Positions 9,053-19,058 of a DNA stretch of 64,000 nt are shown here, piece by piece; within the stretch, counting starts at the first letter, position 1, and every line of letters begins with the position of its first letter. Position numbers and translations under genes: made by a program. Source of the DNA: Myxococcota bacterium (GTDB taxonomy: Bacteria; Myxococcota; XYA12-FULL-58-9; JALHOP01). Location of the stretch: positions 1 to 64,000 of the forward strand of contig JBGGMJ010000212.1 of assembly GCA_041288095.1 (NCBI GenBank), in the 5' to 3' direction. The notes under the pieces were generated by a model. The model was given only the letters and a program-made list of their open reading frames with translations, had not been told where the DNA came from and ran no database searches.

Positions 9053-10834
9053 ATGTTGCCGCTGGTCGCGCTGCCGGCGAGCGAAGCTCCGGCGGTCGAC
9101 GCCAAGCCACCGAAGAACCGCGCCGGCTTCTGGCGCTCGTTCGGCGCCTGGGCTGGGGTAGGCCTCTTCAGCGGCTTGCTCAACGTCGGCCTCAAGGCGG
9201 CGCTCGCGCCGCACATCCGCACTTCCTTCGACCCGCTGATCTGGCGTGTGAACAACACCGCGCAAGAGAGCCTCGGCGCCCGCTTCAATGACTCGTGGAG
9301 CAGCCCAGTGAAGGCTGCCGTCGCCCGGTGGATCGCTCCGCAAAACAAGACGGACACGACGCTCCAGGTGTTCGACGCCAAGCTCGCGGAGGAGTGCGTC
9401 GCATCATTTGTCCGCCGCAGTCAGGTCGACGACCGCGTGCGCGGCCAGACCGACGGCTTCTTCACCGGCTACCTGCGGATGACGCAGCTCGTCTGCGATG
9501 GCGTACGCGCTCGGCTCGAGGCCGGCGACATGCACGGAGCCGCCCGCCGGCTGGGCGCTACCATCGTCCGCGACCGGGTGTTGCGCTACGAGCTGACGCC
9601 GAGCCTCGAGAGCGTCCACGAGCTCGCCTACGCGCGGCTGCATCCCTATTTCGCGAAGCTCACCGTCCCCGAGCGCCAACGACTCGTCGCGATGACGCTC
9701 GCCGAGGCCGGGAAGCTCGCGACCGAGAGCGAGCGTGCCGCGGTCATCGAGCATGCACGGTCGATAGCGGAGGGCCTGACGCGTACCGCGACCTCCCACG
9801 CGCCCAAGCTTGCCGTCGGCAGCGGACCGCTGGTCGACATCGCCCGGCACGCAAACCGCGAGGAGCTCGCGGCGATGCTCGCCGGCAAAGGCGATAAGGC
9901 CGAGGCTTTGCGCGCCTATGTCGACGACCTGTTCATCAAAGGGGGTCCCGCCGGCGTTCTTGGCAAGCTCGGCGCCCAACGCGCCCGTGTCCGCTTGAGC
10001 AGAGCGGTCACGACCTCGCTCGTGGCTTTCGAGGAGAAGGTCGGCCGCCCCGCCACCCTGCAAGAGATCTGGAGCCTGGTCACCATCGCCATCGAGACAG
10101 GCGCGAGCTCGCGCATCGAATGGCAGGCCACCGCGGCCTCCGTCGCGGCCTTCGTCGCCGTCGGGGCGCTCGCGGCGATCCCCAAGTCCGCAATGACCAA
10201 CCTCGACCCGGCGGTCGCCGCCGCCATCGACCCGGTCGTCTTTACCGTCGTCGGCTTCTTCATGGGCGCCACGGGCAAGTTCTTCAAGGAGCGCCTCGAC
10301 GCCTATGGCCGCGCCGTGAGCTACAGCACACCGGACAAGCTGAGTCTCGGGAAAGCCGTCGAGCGCGACCTGCTCGATCACTTCCTGCGCGTCCTCACCA
10401 ACGACGGCCGCATCCAACCGGCCCGCCTCGCCCTCAACCAGCTCGAGCGCTTCCTGCACCTCTCGGTCATCGATGCCGAGGAGTCGTGGCGCGCGGGCGA
10501 CGAGGACGGTGCCGCCGAGTTTCTCTCGGGTGCGATGCAATACCTACGGCAAACACACTTCGCGTTCTCACCGCTAACGCGAGGCTTCGAGCTCGTCTGC
10601 ATGAAGCTCGGCCCGCACTTCGACGGGCTCGCGGACGTGCACGGGCTCCAAGAACGCGTGCTCGCGCATCTCCGCGCCACCGGCGCGGCCGAGGACGAGA
10701 TCCGGCGTTATTATCTGCCCTTCATCACGGTGCTGCTGACGCGAAACGTCGAGGCAACCTCGGCCCTGGTCGCGCCGATAATAGACAACGACGATGACGA
10801 TAAGCGGGGTACCGTCCGAGCTCAGACCACCTAG
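9053..10834 (+). CDS. Hypothetical membrane protein with two copies of the 8113 domain
   Basis: SFDPLIW...EAGDMHGAARRLG and IDPVVFTVVGFF...RAGDEDGAAEFLSG; start uncertain (9014 or 9053). Confidence 0.7.
   Translation: MLPLVALPASEAPAVDAKPPKNRAGFWRSFGAWAGVGLFSGLLNVGLKAALAPHIRTSFDPLIWRVNNTAQESLGARFNDSWSSPVKAAVARWIAPQNKTDTTLQVFDAKLAEECVASFVRRSQVDDRVRGQTDGFFTGYLRMTQLVCDGVRARLEAGDMHGAARRLGATIVRDRVLRYELTPSLESVHELAYARLHPYFAKLTVPERQRLVAMTLAEAGKLATESERAAVIEHARSIAEGLTRTATSHAPKLAVGSGPLVDIARHANREELAAMLAGKGDKAEALRAYVDDLFIKGGPAGVLGKLGAQRARVRLSRAVTTSLVAFEEKVGRPATLQEIWSLVTIAIETGASSRIEWQATAASVAAFVAVGALAAIPKSAMTNLDPAVAAAIDPVVFTVVGFFMGATGKFFKERLDAYGRAVSYSTPDKLSLGKAVERDLLDHFLRVLTNDGRIQPARLALNQLERFLHLSVIDAEESWRAGDEDGAAEFLSGAMQYLRQTHFAFSPLTRGFELVCMKLGPHFDGLADVHGLQERVLAHLRATGAAEDEIRRYYLPFITVLLTRNVEATSALVAPIIDNDDDDKRGTVRAQTT
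10754..10781 (+). promoter_or_regulatory. sigma28-like promoter GCAAC-N15-GCCGATAA
   Basis: Perfect FliA -10 box 12 nt before ATG 10794, inside the 3' end of the previous gene. Confidence 0.75.
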
Positions 10835-12080
10835 CGGCACCCGTGCCGGCATCCAGGCCACTGTCGAGGGTCTGGAGCGTGGTCGCGTTACCCAGCAGCA
10901 ACGCCCCCTCCCGGAGATCGCCCAGCGCCTGCTCGTCGATGCCCTGAACGAGCGCGCCGCTCGAGACGGTGCGCTCACCGACAAGGCAATCAGCGACGCC
11001 TGGCAAACCATTCGCCACTCCTTCCGCTTGGACCCGCGGCGCAAGGAGAGGACGCCAATCGGCCTGCAATCGTTCGGCTTCCTCGCGGCCCGCTATCTGG
11101 GCACGGGTGGCCCGGTCACCGCCGAGCGCTTGCGCGCCATCGATCGCCAGAATCAGGAGCCCATGCGCTTGGCCGCGGCGCCTCGGCTTTCATGGGGTAT
11201 CGGCGAGTCGAAGCACATCATCGACATCGCACGCGACGCGCTCGGGGCCAGTCGCGCTCTCGATTTTCTGACGCTTTGGGAGAGCTGGACCGGCACCTCC
11301 GTCGGTGACCGCGTGAGCCCGGACACCTCGACCCGTACGCAACAGCGGACATTCACGCGCATCGCTTGGAAGGACAAGCTCGACACCAAGGATATGCTCC
11401 GCGTCTTGCGCGGCGAGGTCCTCGTCATGGAGAACCCCCGCACCAAACAGCTCGACTTCGTGGCCCGCGAGCACAACACGCTCGACATCTTGCTGGCGGC
11501 GTGGTCACTCGGGCGCTCGATGCCGGACAAGATCCTGCATTTCGACCGACACTCCGACTACACGAACGACGTCGACGGAGCCGCCTTGGGGCCAAGGCAC
11601 CTCGCAGGCTTGCCGCAAGCAGCGGTCTGGTGGTCGCTCCTCGACGTCATCAAACGGCCAGACGGAGAAACGCCGCTCGCCGACCCCAATCGGGACGTGG
11701 CCTTCGTCACCCACTTGAGCCCCGAGGAGCGGGAGAGGAAGCTCACCGGCGCGCGCAACTCACCCCTGAAGCCCCGCGACACCAGATGGACCCGCGTCGC
11801 CGAGCACATCGGGTCCGCTCCAGCGGACTTCGTGTCCTACGACCTCGATCTCGTCATGCCGTCCGACCAGATGCGCGTCGGCCAGGAGATGTTACGCGAC
11901 CCCCGCTTCCAGGAAGCCATGCTGGCCGCGACGACACGGCTCTTCGTGGTCTCGCCGCAGTTCTCCGGAGGCGGCGATGAAGTTGACGCCCAGCACGCCA
12001 CGCACTCGCCCGCGACTTACACCCGCGTCCTCAACGTCATCCGCCGCGCCGGCGTCAGCGCGGATCGATCTTCGTCGTAG
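10794..12080 (+). CDS. Arginase/deacetylase-fold (UPF0489-like) metallohydrolase with N-terminal extension
   Basis: EHN, LHFDRHSD and SYDLDL motifs. Confidence 0.55.
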   Translation: MTISGVPSELRPPSGTRAGIQATVEGLERGRVTQQQRPLPEIAQRLLVDALNERAARDGALTDKAISDAWQTIRHSFRLDPRRKERTPIGLQSFGFLAARYLGTGGPVTAERLRAIDRQNQEPMRLAAAPRLSWGIGESKHIIDIARDALGASRALDFLTLWESWTGTSVGDRVSPDTSTRTQQRTFTRIAWKDKLDTKDMLRVLRGEVLVMENPRTKQLDFVAREHNTLDILLAAWSLGRSMPDKILHFDRHSDYTNDVDGAALGPRHLAGLPQAAVWWSLLDVIKRPDGETPLADPNRDVAFVTHLSPEERERKLTGARNSPLKPRDTRWTRVAEHIGSAPADFVSYDLDLVMPSDQMRVGQEMLRDPRFQEAMLAATTRLFVVSPQFSGGGDEVDAQHATHSPATYTRVLNVIRRAGVSADRSSS

Positions 12081-12897
12081 CGTCGAACGGAAAAGGAACG
12101 ACGCCGAACCCCGTGTCGACGTCCGTGTGCCCGCGCAAACGGACCGGTACCGCCTGCTTGCTCTGCAAGGTCTTCATCAGGGCGAGTCCCACCTGCAATG
12201 TCGACACGTCGGCGCTGAGCGTGCGCACCGAGGAACCGAAGATCTTCCCCGCCGCCGGCATGGTGCCCTTCAGCACTTCCTGGCCGGCAAGCGAGACGTC
12301 GTGGTTGAGCGCGCCAATGGCGAGAGGATGGCCGCCGTTGCTCTTCATCTCGACGTCCACATCGACGTGAATGCTGGTGAACGACGCGTTGCCCACGCGA
12401 ACGGCGACCGGCGTGATGCTCGGCGGCCGCAAGACCGGCAGCGCCCCGTCACGCTCGAACGGCAGCGCGATCGGTTGATCGGCGACCTTGATGTAGGCTG
12501 TGCCGGCGATCTTCCACGGCAGCTCGTCAGGAATGCCCTTCTTCGCGGTGAGCCGGTTCGCGATTTCGCTCCAGCGGACGACTGCGGGAATGATCAGTGT
12601 CGTCGTCTTGCCAGGCCCGAGGTCGAGCGCCTTGTCGACCTTGCCGTCGGCGAGGGTGACACCGTCGACCACGAGCTTCATGTCGTAGCCGTCGAGGCGT
12701 CCGCCGATGCGGTTCGGGTTCTTCACCGCGAAGGCGATGTCACAGTGCAAGGCGTCGAAGTCCACGGCGCGGTAGTTGACGGTGTCGAACTGCACCTCGG
12801 GCGGCTGAATGCCCGTGACCGCCGAGAGGCCTTGGAGAGCGGCGCAACCGGCGCCGATGAGACAAGCCGTCGACAGCAATAGCGAGAAGCGTTTCAT
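12055..12897 (-). CDS. LEA_2/WHy-domain lipoprotein (two domains)
   Basis: MKRFSLLLSTACLIGAGC lipobox; FAVKNPNRIG...YDMKLVVDG; start re-called (ORF track over-extends to 13326). Confidence 0.8.
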   Translation of the reverse strand: MKRFSLLLSTACLIGAGCAALQGLSAVTGIQPPEVQFDTVNYRAVDFDALHCDIAFAVKNPNRIGGRLDGYDMKLVVDGVTLADGKVDKALDLGPGKTTTLIIPAVVRWSEIANRLTAKKGIPDELPWKIAGTAYIKVADQPIALPFERDGALPVLRPPSITPVAVRVGNASFTSIHVDVDVEMKSNGGHPLAIGALNHDVSLAGQEVLKGTMPAAGKIFGSSVRTLSADVSTLQVGLALMKTLQSKQAVPVRLRGHTDVDTGFGVVPFPFDATTKIDPR

Positions 12898-12943
12898 GGA
12901 CGCTGACATCGCCGGTCCCACGACTCGGGTCAAACGCCGCTGA

Positions 12944-14818
12944 CTAGCGTGCCTCGGGCCCGCGTAAGGATTGCGCTTGCGGCCAGGTCTCGATCCAGCG
13001 CGACAGCGGCTTCCAGATGGCCTCCTGCGCGCGTAGCCGGCCGCTCGCGACGTGATGCTCCGGCCCGAAGGTGACGACGGGTTGGCCGTCACGCAGCACC
13101 GGACGGCCACGACGGTCTCGGCGAATGGTGTACTCGACGACGCCGTTCCTCGGATCACGTCTGTCACGCTCGAACTGTGCCTCGAGACGGCGCGCCGCGG
13201 CTCGCGAATGGATCGCCTCCATGATCTCCCCGTTAACCTCGGCCGACAGCAAATCCATGTTCGACGAGCCGATGAGCCCAACTTCACCGTCGGCAACCAA
13301 CGTCTTGGCGTGCATACGCTGATCACCGGTCAACACGAAGACGCGCAGATTGGGCACACGCGCCAGGAGCCGAGGCCACTCGCGCATGAAGAAGGCGGCG
13401 TACAAGGGGTTGTCGGCGGTGGTCGGGCTGTCGGTCAGGATGGTGATGCGCACGCCGCGGCGCCCCGCCGCGGCGAGGGCGCGCCGTACCCGTTCGCTGA
13501 GGACGATGTAGGGATTGGTGATGACGACACGGTCGCGCGCCGCGGCGAGGAGGCGCTCGATGCTGGGCTCGATCTGATCGAAGGCATGCGGGGCCGCGGC
13601 GTTCGAAGTACGGTCGAGCGCCTTCACGCGGGCGTCTTCCATGTTCGCGTCGATGCGGAAGCCACGGTTCGCGCCGGCGAGGTCGGCGTTGGCGGCGAGC
13701 TCGAGGGCGCGGCCATGGAGGTTGCCGAGGGCGAGCTCACCCACGTCCACGCGACGGCGGCGCAGATCTGCCCGCGCGGCCCGCACCATCTCGGCGGCGT
13801 AGTGCTCACGCACCGCCGGCTCCGTGCGCAACCGCTGCCGCATCGCCTGCGATAGCGGAGCGCGGTTCAGCCAGTGGTCCATCATGGCGGCGGCGCCCAG
13901 CAGCTCGGCCTCGCGCGACACCAAGTTGCCGTACATGTCGGGTGTGATCCGATGGTTCAGATCGTCTCGCTCCATCTCGACAGTGACGGCCCGGCGCAGT
14001 TGCGCGGCCGCTTCGGCGCCATCGACCACCACGTCGCTATCGCGGAACGGCATGCCCAAGTCGCGGCGCGAGCTGTAGTACTGGTGCCCGATGTTGCGGC
14101 CACCGGTGATACCGTAACGCTCGGTGACGAGGATCTTGTCGTGGTTGGCGGCGGCGAGCGCCAAGTCGCGCTCGGCGATGACTCGTGGAACCTTGCGGTA
14201 GTACGGATTGTAGACCGAGACGTTGGCGCCGGCCGCGACCAACTCTTGCAAGTAGTCCTGGCCGCGCAGACTCGAGGTGAAGCCGGTGCGGCCGAAGCTA
14301 TCTCCGGCCGCGTCGACGACGGCGTTCACCGGGATGTCGTTGCGGCGGTGACGCAGCAGCTGCCCCAGAAAGGCGTGCCCGAAGACGTCGCGGTCGAGGA
14401 TGAAGTAGCTCACGTCGACGCGGCTTCGAGCCGAGCCCAGCACGTGCCAAGTCGCGAGCCAGGCCTCGTTGTTGTCGTGCAGAGCGCGGACCCTGGCATC
14501 CACGCCTCGTCCCGGGAGGGCATCGAACGCGCGCGCAATCGAGCTGCGCGGGCGTGGTGCGTCGCGGCCCGGCTCCACCGGCGGCGCAAGCCCGGTCACC
14601 GCCGCGGGAGCCACCCCGCGGGCGGCACGTTCGGTCTCACGGGGCGGGGCCGGCGCGCGCGCGTCTGGCGGCACCGGAGTCGGGATCGGGGCCGTAAGGG
14701 GAGTTTCCACCGTTTCGGCGGCGCGCGGGGGTGCCTTCGCCGGGACCTGGAGTCTCGGCGCAGAGGTGCCTTCCGGATGGCGATACAATCCGGACCACAG
14801 CGGGCGCTCTTGTGACAC
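12944..14818 (-). CDS. Phospholipase D family (cardiolipin synthase-like) with Pro-rich N-terminal extension, no signal peptide
   Basis: NHDKILVTE...GGRNIG and MHAKTLVAD...GSSNMD motifs. Confidence 0.9.
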   Translation of the reverse strand: MSQERPLWSGLYRHPEGTSAPRLQVPAKAPPRAAETVETPLTAPIPTPVPPDARAPAPPRETERAARGVAPAAVTGLAPPVEPGRDAPRPRSSIARAFDALPGRGVDARVRALHDNNEAWLATWHVLGSARSRVDVSYFILDRDVFGHAFLGQLLRHRRNDIPVNAVVDAAGDSFGRTGFTSSLRGQDYLQELVAAGANVSVYNPYYRKVPRVIAERDLALAAANHDKILVTERYGITGGRNIGHQYYSSRRDLGMPFRDSDVVVDGAEAAAQLRRAVTVEMERDDLNHRITPDMYGNLVSREAELLGAAAMMDHWLNRAPLSQAMRQRLRTEPAVREHYAAEMVRAARADLRRRRVDVGELALGNLHGRALELAANADLAGANRGFRIDANMEDARVKALDRTSNAAAPHAFDQIEPSIERLLAAARDRVVITNPYIVLSERVRRALAAAGRRGVRITILTDSPTTADNPLYAAFFMREWPRLLARVPNLRVFVLTGDQRMHAKTLVADGEVGLIGSSNMDLLSAEVNGEIMEAIHSRAAARRLEAQFERDRRDPRNGVVEYTIRRDRRGRPVLRDGQPVVTFGPEHHVASGRLRAQEAIWKPLSRWIETWPQAQSLRGPEAR

Positions 14819-14824
14819 GAACCG

Positions 14825-14852
14825 TCATCGGCAGAAGTCGGTCCCTAGTTGT
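14825..14852 (-). promoter_or_regulatory. sigma28-like promoter ACAAC-N15-GCCGATGA
   Basis: -10 box ends 6 nt before GTG 14818. Confidence 0.7.
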
Positions 14853-14882
14853 CGAGACCGACCCGGGAGACGTGCCAATTGG

Positions 14883-15272
14883 TCACTCGAAGGTGACACC
14901 CTTCATACGAACGTCGTCACAGATGGTGTTGTAGTCCGAGGTCAGCTCGGTCCCCGCCGCGAGATCGAAGCCCGCGTGATCGTGGCCGAACGCGATGGCA
15001 TCGGAGATCGTCGACGGCTCGTCCGAGTGGTTGAAATGCCTCGCGTTGTCGCCGCACAGCACCCAGAGCTTCGAAGAGTCGCTGTAGGTCGAATACATGC
15101 GCAGGAAGCGCTGGGTGCGCTCGGGAAGACTCTTGAACTCGTCCTCCGAGTAGATGCGATCGATGCGCGAATCGAAGCGCCAAACGAGCTGGCCTTTGCG
15201 CACTGGCTCGAGGAGGAACACCCCGATGCCATGAATCGGGCTCATCCTGAGCTCGGTGTCGACCATCATCAT
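14883..15272 (-). CDS. SET domain protein
   Basis: SPIHGIGVF, ARHFNHSDEP, GTELTSDY. Confidence 0.9.
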   Translation of the reverse strand: MMMVDTELRMSPIHGIGVFLLEPVRKGQLVWRFDSRIDRIYSEDEFKSLPERTQRFLRMYSTYSDSSKLWVLCGDNARHFNHSDEPSTISDAIAFGHDHAGFDLAAGTELTSDYNTICDDVRMKGVTFE

Positions 15273-15436
15273 GCGAACAACCTCACCCTCCGAAAACCCC
15301 CCGCGGAAACGCGGGGACAGTATTCCGACGCGGACATAGCGGCAACTGTTACCTCCAGCTCACGCGTGCGCAATGCCGGTGTGACCCGCGGCTCACACTC
15401 GGTCCCTAGATCCGCCGATTCTCGGGCAAGTACGCG

Positions 15437-15452
15437 CGGCACGGCCGTTGCT
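15437..15452 (+). promoter_or_regulatory. sigma54 -24/-12 promoter
   Basis: CGGCACG-GCCG-TTGCT, exact GG-N10-GC spacing, about 30 nt before ATG 15482. Confidence 0.75.
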
Positions 15453-15481
15453 CTAGTCCTCCTGTCATGCCGGGAGGCTCC

Positions 15482-17713
15482 ATGCGCACCGTCGTCCTCG
15501 CAACCTTCATTGGGATCGGTCTCGCCGCGACCGCCTGCAGCGGTCTCATCGGCGATTCGCACCAGTCGCCGGGCGACGACGACGACCTCGACGGCGACGA
15601 GCTGCCCTTAGGCTGCGACATCAACATCACCCTCGCGCGCAACGGCTGCACCCAATCCGGGTGTCACGGCCGCAGATACGAAGGCAACCTCGACCTTGCG
15701 TCCGCCGGTCTCGCCGAGCGCTTGATCAACGTCCGCTCACAGACCACCGCCTGCGCCGGCGAGCTGCTCATCGACCCCGCGGCGCCCGAAAACAGCCTCA
15801 TCCTGAAGGCCACCAATCCAGCGGCCCATCTCATCGCCGGCTCCGTGTGCACCGAGCGCATGCCGATGGACGGCGAGCCGATGTCCGCCGAAGACCTCGC
15901 CTGTCTCAACAGCTGGGTCCTGGAGGTCATCGAGGACTGGGGGGGTGAGCCCATCGAGCCGTTCGTGCCGTCACCGCCGGAATCGTACGCGGCGATGGTC
16001 AAGACCCTGCTCAGCGGCGAAGTGCTCACCGCCAGCGAGATTGCCGACATCAACGCCAATCCGGAGAACCTCCGCCCGGCGGTCGCTGGTTGGTTGAACA
16101 CCGCGGGCTTCGACGCCATGCTCGGCGAATTCCTGTCCAACTCCTTGCAGTCACGCCTCGAGACGCGGCGCCTCCAGGAATTCTTCGGCGTCCGCGGCAA
16201 TCGCATTGTGCGCGCCAACGGGACCAAGCTCGTGGCCGCCGTCGACACCTCCGTGGTCACCACGGCGCGCGACCTCATCGACGGTGGCAAACCGTTCAAC
16301 GAAATCCTGACGACCAACCGCTGGTACGTTAACACCGCGCTCCTGACCGTCATCGCGTACCTCGACCGCACGCTAGCCGACCGCACCCTCGTGGCCAACC
16401 GCCATACGGTGACGCGCGGCACCGCGGTGCTGCCAATCGCAACCTCCGTCGCCACCAAGAACTGGGTCTTTCCGCAGCAACCCACCGATTGCAACGTCAC
16501 GGTGCTCAACGAAGAGGCTCTGCTCGCGGCGTTCATGGGCACCTTGAGCTGCAACCCCATCATCAACTTGGACGAAACCAACGCTCCGCTAAAAGCGACG
16601 GACTTCACCGATTGGCGGTACGTCACCTTCACGACCGGCACCAACCCCGTCCCTTGGTATGACGTCCCGAGGGTGCGCGCGGCGACGACCTGGGTCGTGC
16701 GCAACCCGCGCGTCGGCTTCTTCACCCAGCCCGGCTTCCTCGCCAACTGGATGACCAACGACGACAACAGCTACCGCGTTCTCATCAACCAGACTCTCAT
16801 CGCGGCTCTCGATGCGACATTCTCCGCCGCCGATCCGACCCCAGAGTTGCTCGCCTCACAGGTCGATGACGAGCACGCCGTCCCCGGCACTCAGTGCTAC
16901 GGCTGCCACCGCCTCATGGACCCGATGCGCGGCTATTTCTCCTCGACCACGGACACGAGCTACGCCTACCAGAACACGCCTACCCCGGCTGCCTTCGCGT
17001 TCTTCGGCAAGCGCAAGAACGGCGGAGGTATCGAGAGCTTCGCCGACAGCATCGCGACGCATCCGCGGTTCGCGCTCGCCTGGACGCAAAAACTCTGCAT
17101 GTTCGCGACGACGAAGCGCTGCGATGAATCGGATCCCGAGGTGAAGCGCGTCGCCGAGGTTTTCAAGAACAGCGGCTTCGACTTCAAGGACCTGGTCGTC
17201 GAGCTCTTCACCTCTCCCATCGTCACACGGACGGAGCCCATTCAAACCTTCGAGGTCGCGGCGCCGTTCGTCAGCGTTACGCGCCGTGCCCAGCTCTGTC
17301 TGCTCCTGAAGACCCGCACTGGGGTGCCCACGATCTGCGCCAACGCCAACGTCAACAGGGCGCTCACCCAGGTCTCGGTCGACACGTTCGCGCGCGGCGA
17401 GGTCGACTTCGTGCTCGCGGGAGATACGTCATCGTTCCACATGGCCGCGGCGCAGCGGCTTTGCATGGCACTCGCGCCGCTCGCGGTCACGGCCAGCTCG
17501 CGCTTCAATCCAACCGACGGCGCGGTCATCGAGAAGGTGGTCACGGACTTCATGGGGCTACCGGTGGGACACAGCCGCCATGACCTCTCGGTGACCGCGC
17601 TCGAGGATCACGTGGCGGCCGCCGTCACCGCCGGCGCCAACAACACAGAGGCCGTGCGTTCGGCGTTCGTCGCCGCCTGCCTGTCGACCGATGTTTTAGC
17701 TCTAGGAATGTGA
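15482..17713 (+). CDS. Lipoprotein with c-type haem motifs, DUF1585/DUF1588-like family
   Basis: Lipobox ATAC; CTQSGCH...RMP...W and CYGCHRLMDP; GGGAGG RBS. Confidence 0.7.
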   Translation: MRTVVLATFIGIGLAATACSGLIGDSHQSPGDDDDLDGDELPLGCDINITLARNGCTQSGCHGRRYEGNLDLASAGLAERLINVRSQTTACAGELLIDPAAPENSLILKATNPAAHLIAGSVCTERMPMDGEPMSAEDLACLNSWVLEVIEDWGGEPIEPFVPSPPESYAAMVKTLLSGEVLTASEIADINANPENLRPAVAGWLNTAGFDAMLGEFLSNSLQSRLETRRLQEFFGVRGNRIVRANGTKLVAAVDTSVVTTARDLIDGGKPFNEILTTNRWYVNTALLTVIAYLDRTLADRTLVANRHTVTRGTAVLPIATSVATKNWVFPQQPTDCNVTVLNEEALLAAFMGTLSCNPIINLDETNAPLKATDFTDWRYVTFTTGTNPVPWYDVPRVRAATTWVVRNPRVGFFTQPGFLANWMTNDDNSYRVLINQTLIAALDATFSAADPTPELLASQVDDEHAVPGTQCYGCHRLMDPMRGYFSSTTDTSYAYQNTPTPAAFAFFGKRKNGGGIESFADSIATHPRFALAWTQKLCMFATTKRCDESDPEVKRVAEVFKNSGFDFKDLVVELFTSPIVTRTEPIQTFEVAAPFVSVTRRAQLCLLLKTRTGVPTICANANVNRALTQVSVDTFARGEVDFVLAGDTSSFHMAAAQRLCMALAPLAVTASSRFNPTDGAVIEKVVTDFMGLPVGHSRHDLSVTALEDHVAAAVTAGANNTEAVRSAFVAACLSTDVLALGM

Positions 17714-17720
17714 GGCGAGC

Positions 17721-19052
17721 ATGCACCGTCGTGATTTGCTGAAGAGTGCTCTGGCTGGATCGGGTCTCTGGGCGCTGCGCGCCGCGGCGGTGGGCTTGCC
17801 CCTATCGTTCGTGCGGCAACCGACCGCTTTCGCGGCCGATGCCTGCGCGCCAGCGATGCTCACGGACCCCAGGGCGCCCGACTTTCTCATCATGTCGCTC
17901 GGGCCCGGCGGCGACCCGTTGAACGCCAACTGCCCAGGGGCGTACGTGACCGGCGCCAACAACAACACCAACATCGAGATGCAGGCCACCGACTTCAACC
18001 TCGGGAGCTTTGCGACCCGCGCCGCCGCGCCGTGGGCGACCCTGCCGACCGCGATGGCGGCACGCACCGCGTTCGTTCACAACCGCACCGGTGCCATCGG
18101 TCACAACCAGTTCGGCGCGGTGACCCGCTTGTTCGGCGCCGTGAAGAACGGCGACGGTCGCGGCGAGGAGTGTCTGCCCTCGGCCCTCGCGCTCGAGACC
18201 GCGGCCGCGCTCGGCAGCATCCAAGCCGAGCCGGTGGCGCTGTCGACCGCGCCACTCACGGTGCGCGGCGTGCCCGTGCAGATGTTCAAGCCGAGCGGCT
18301 TGCTCTCACTCTTCCAACCGCAAGAGTCGACCATCGGAGATCTCGCCGGCCTGCGCGACCAGACCGTCGACATCCTCCACGCGCGGCTCAAGGCTGGTGG
18401 GACCCCCGCGCAGAAGAGGTTCCTCGACCGTTACGTGCTCGGCCGCACCCAGGCACGCGCGCTCGGCGACTGCCTGGGCTCGCTGCTAGCGGAGCTACCG
18501 GTGGTCGCGGGTCAGAGCGACGGCGCGGCCGATCAGGTGCTGACCGCTATCGCGCTCTTCAAGCTCAACGTCACACCGGCGGTCACCATCACCATCCCGT
18601 ACGGGGGCGACAATCACAACGACCCGGATCTCGCGAACGAGATGAATCAAACCATCGCCGGCGTAAACGCGCTCAAATACATGTGGGCGAAGATCACCGA
18701 GTACGGCATGGCGGACAGAGTCACCTACGCCAACCTCAATACGTTCGGCCGCACCTTGAAGCGGGTGGGCGATGGCCGGTCGCACAATCAAGAACATCAC
18801 GTCATGACGATCATCGGTCGCCGGGCCAACGGGGGTGTCTACGGTGGCATCGCGCAGGGGACGCGCGACTTCGGCGCCACCGCCATCGACTCGGCGAGCG
18901 GCGCTTCGAGACCCACGGCCGACATACCGGCGGAGGAAACGCTGCAGGGGGCGGCGAAGACTCTGGCGGCGGCCGTGGGCCTCTCGAGCGAGCGCATCGG
19001 CGTCCGCATCAACGGCGGTCGCGTCATCACGGCGGCGGTCACCACGACTTGA
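17721..19052 (+). CDS. Tat-exported DUF1501/DUF1552-like protein
   Basis: MHRRDLLK Tat motif; DNH, NTFGRT, GRSHN; usual partner of the upstream family. Confidence 0.7.
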   Translation: MHRRDLLKSALAGSGLWALRAAAVGLPLSFVRQPTAFAADACAPAMLTDPRAPDFLIMSLGPGGDPLNANCPGAYVTGANNNTNIEMQATDFNLGSFATRAAAPWATLPTAMAARTAFVHNRTGAIGHNQFGAVTRLFGAVKNGDGRGEECLPSALALETAAALGSIQAEPVALSTAPLTVRGVPVQMFKPSGLLSLFQPQESTIGDLAGLRDQTVDILHARLKAGGTPAQKRFLDRYVLGRTQARALGDCLGSLLAELPVVAGQSDGAADQVLTAIALFKLNVTPAVTITIPYGGDNHNDPDLANEMNQTIAGVNALKYMWAKITEYGMADRVTYANLNTFGRTLKRVGDGRSHNQEHHVMTIIGRRANGGVYGGIAQGTRDFGATAIDSASGASRPTADIPAEETLQGAAKTLAAAVGLSSERIGVRINGGRVITAAVTTT

Positions 19053-19058
19053 CGCGCA

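Noticed and set aside
15414..15421. GCCGATTC upstream of the lipoprotein at 15482 (possible counter-example to the regulon pattern)
   Set aside because: No RCAAC at the expected spacing, and an exact sigma54 promoter lies closer to the start.
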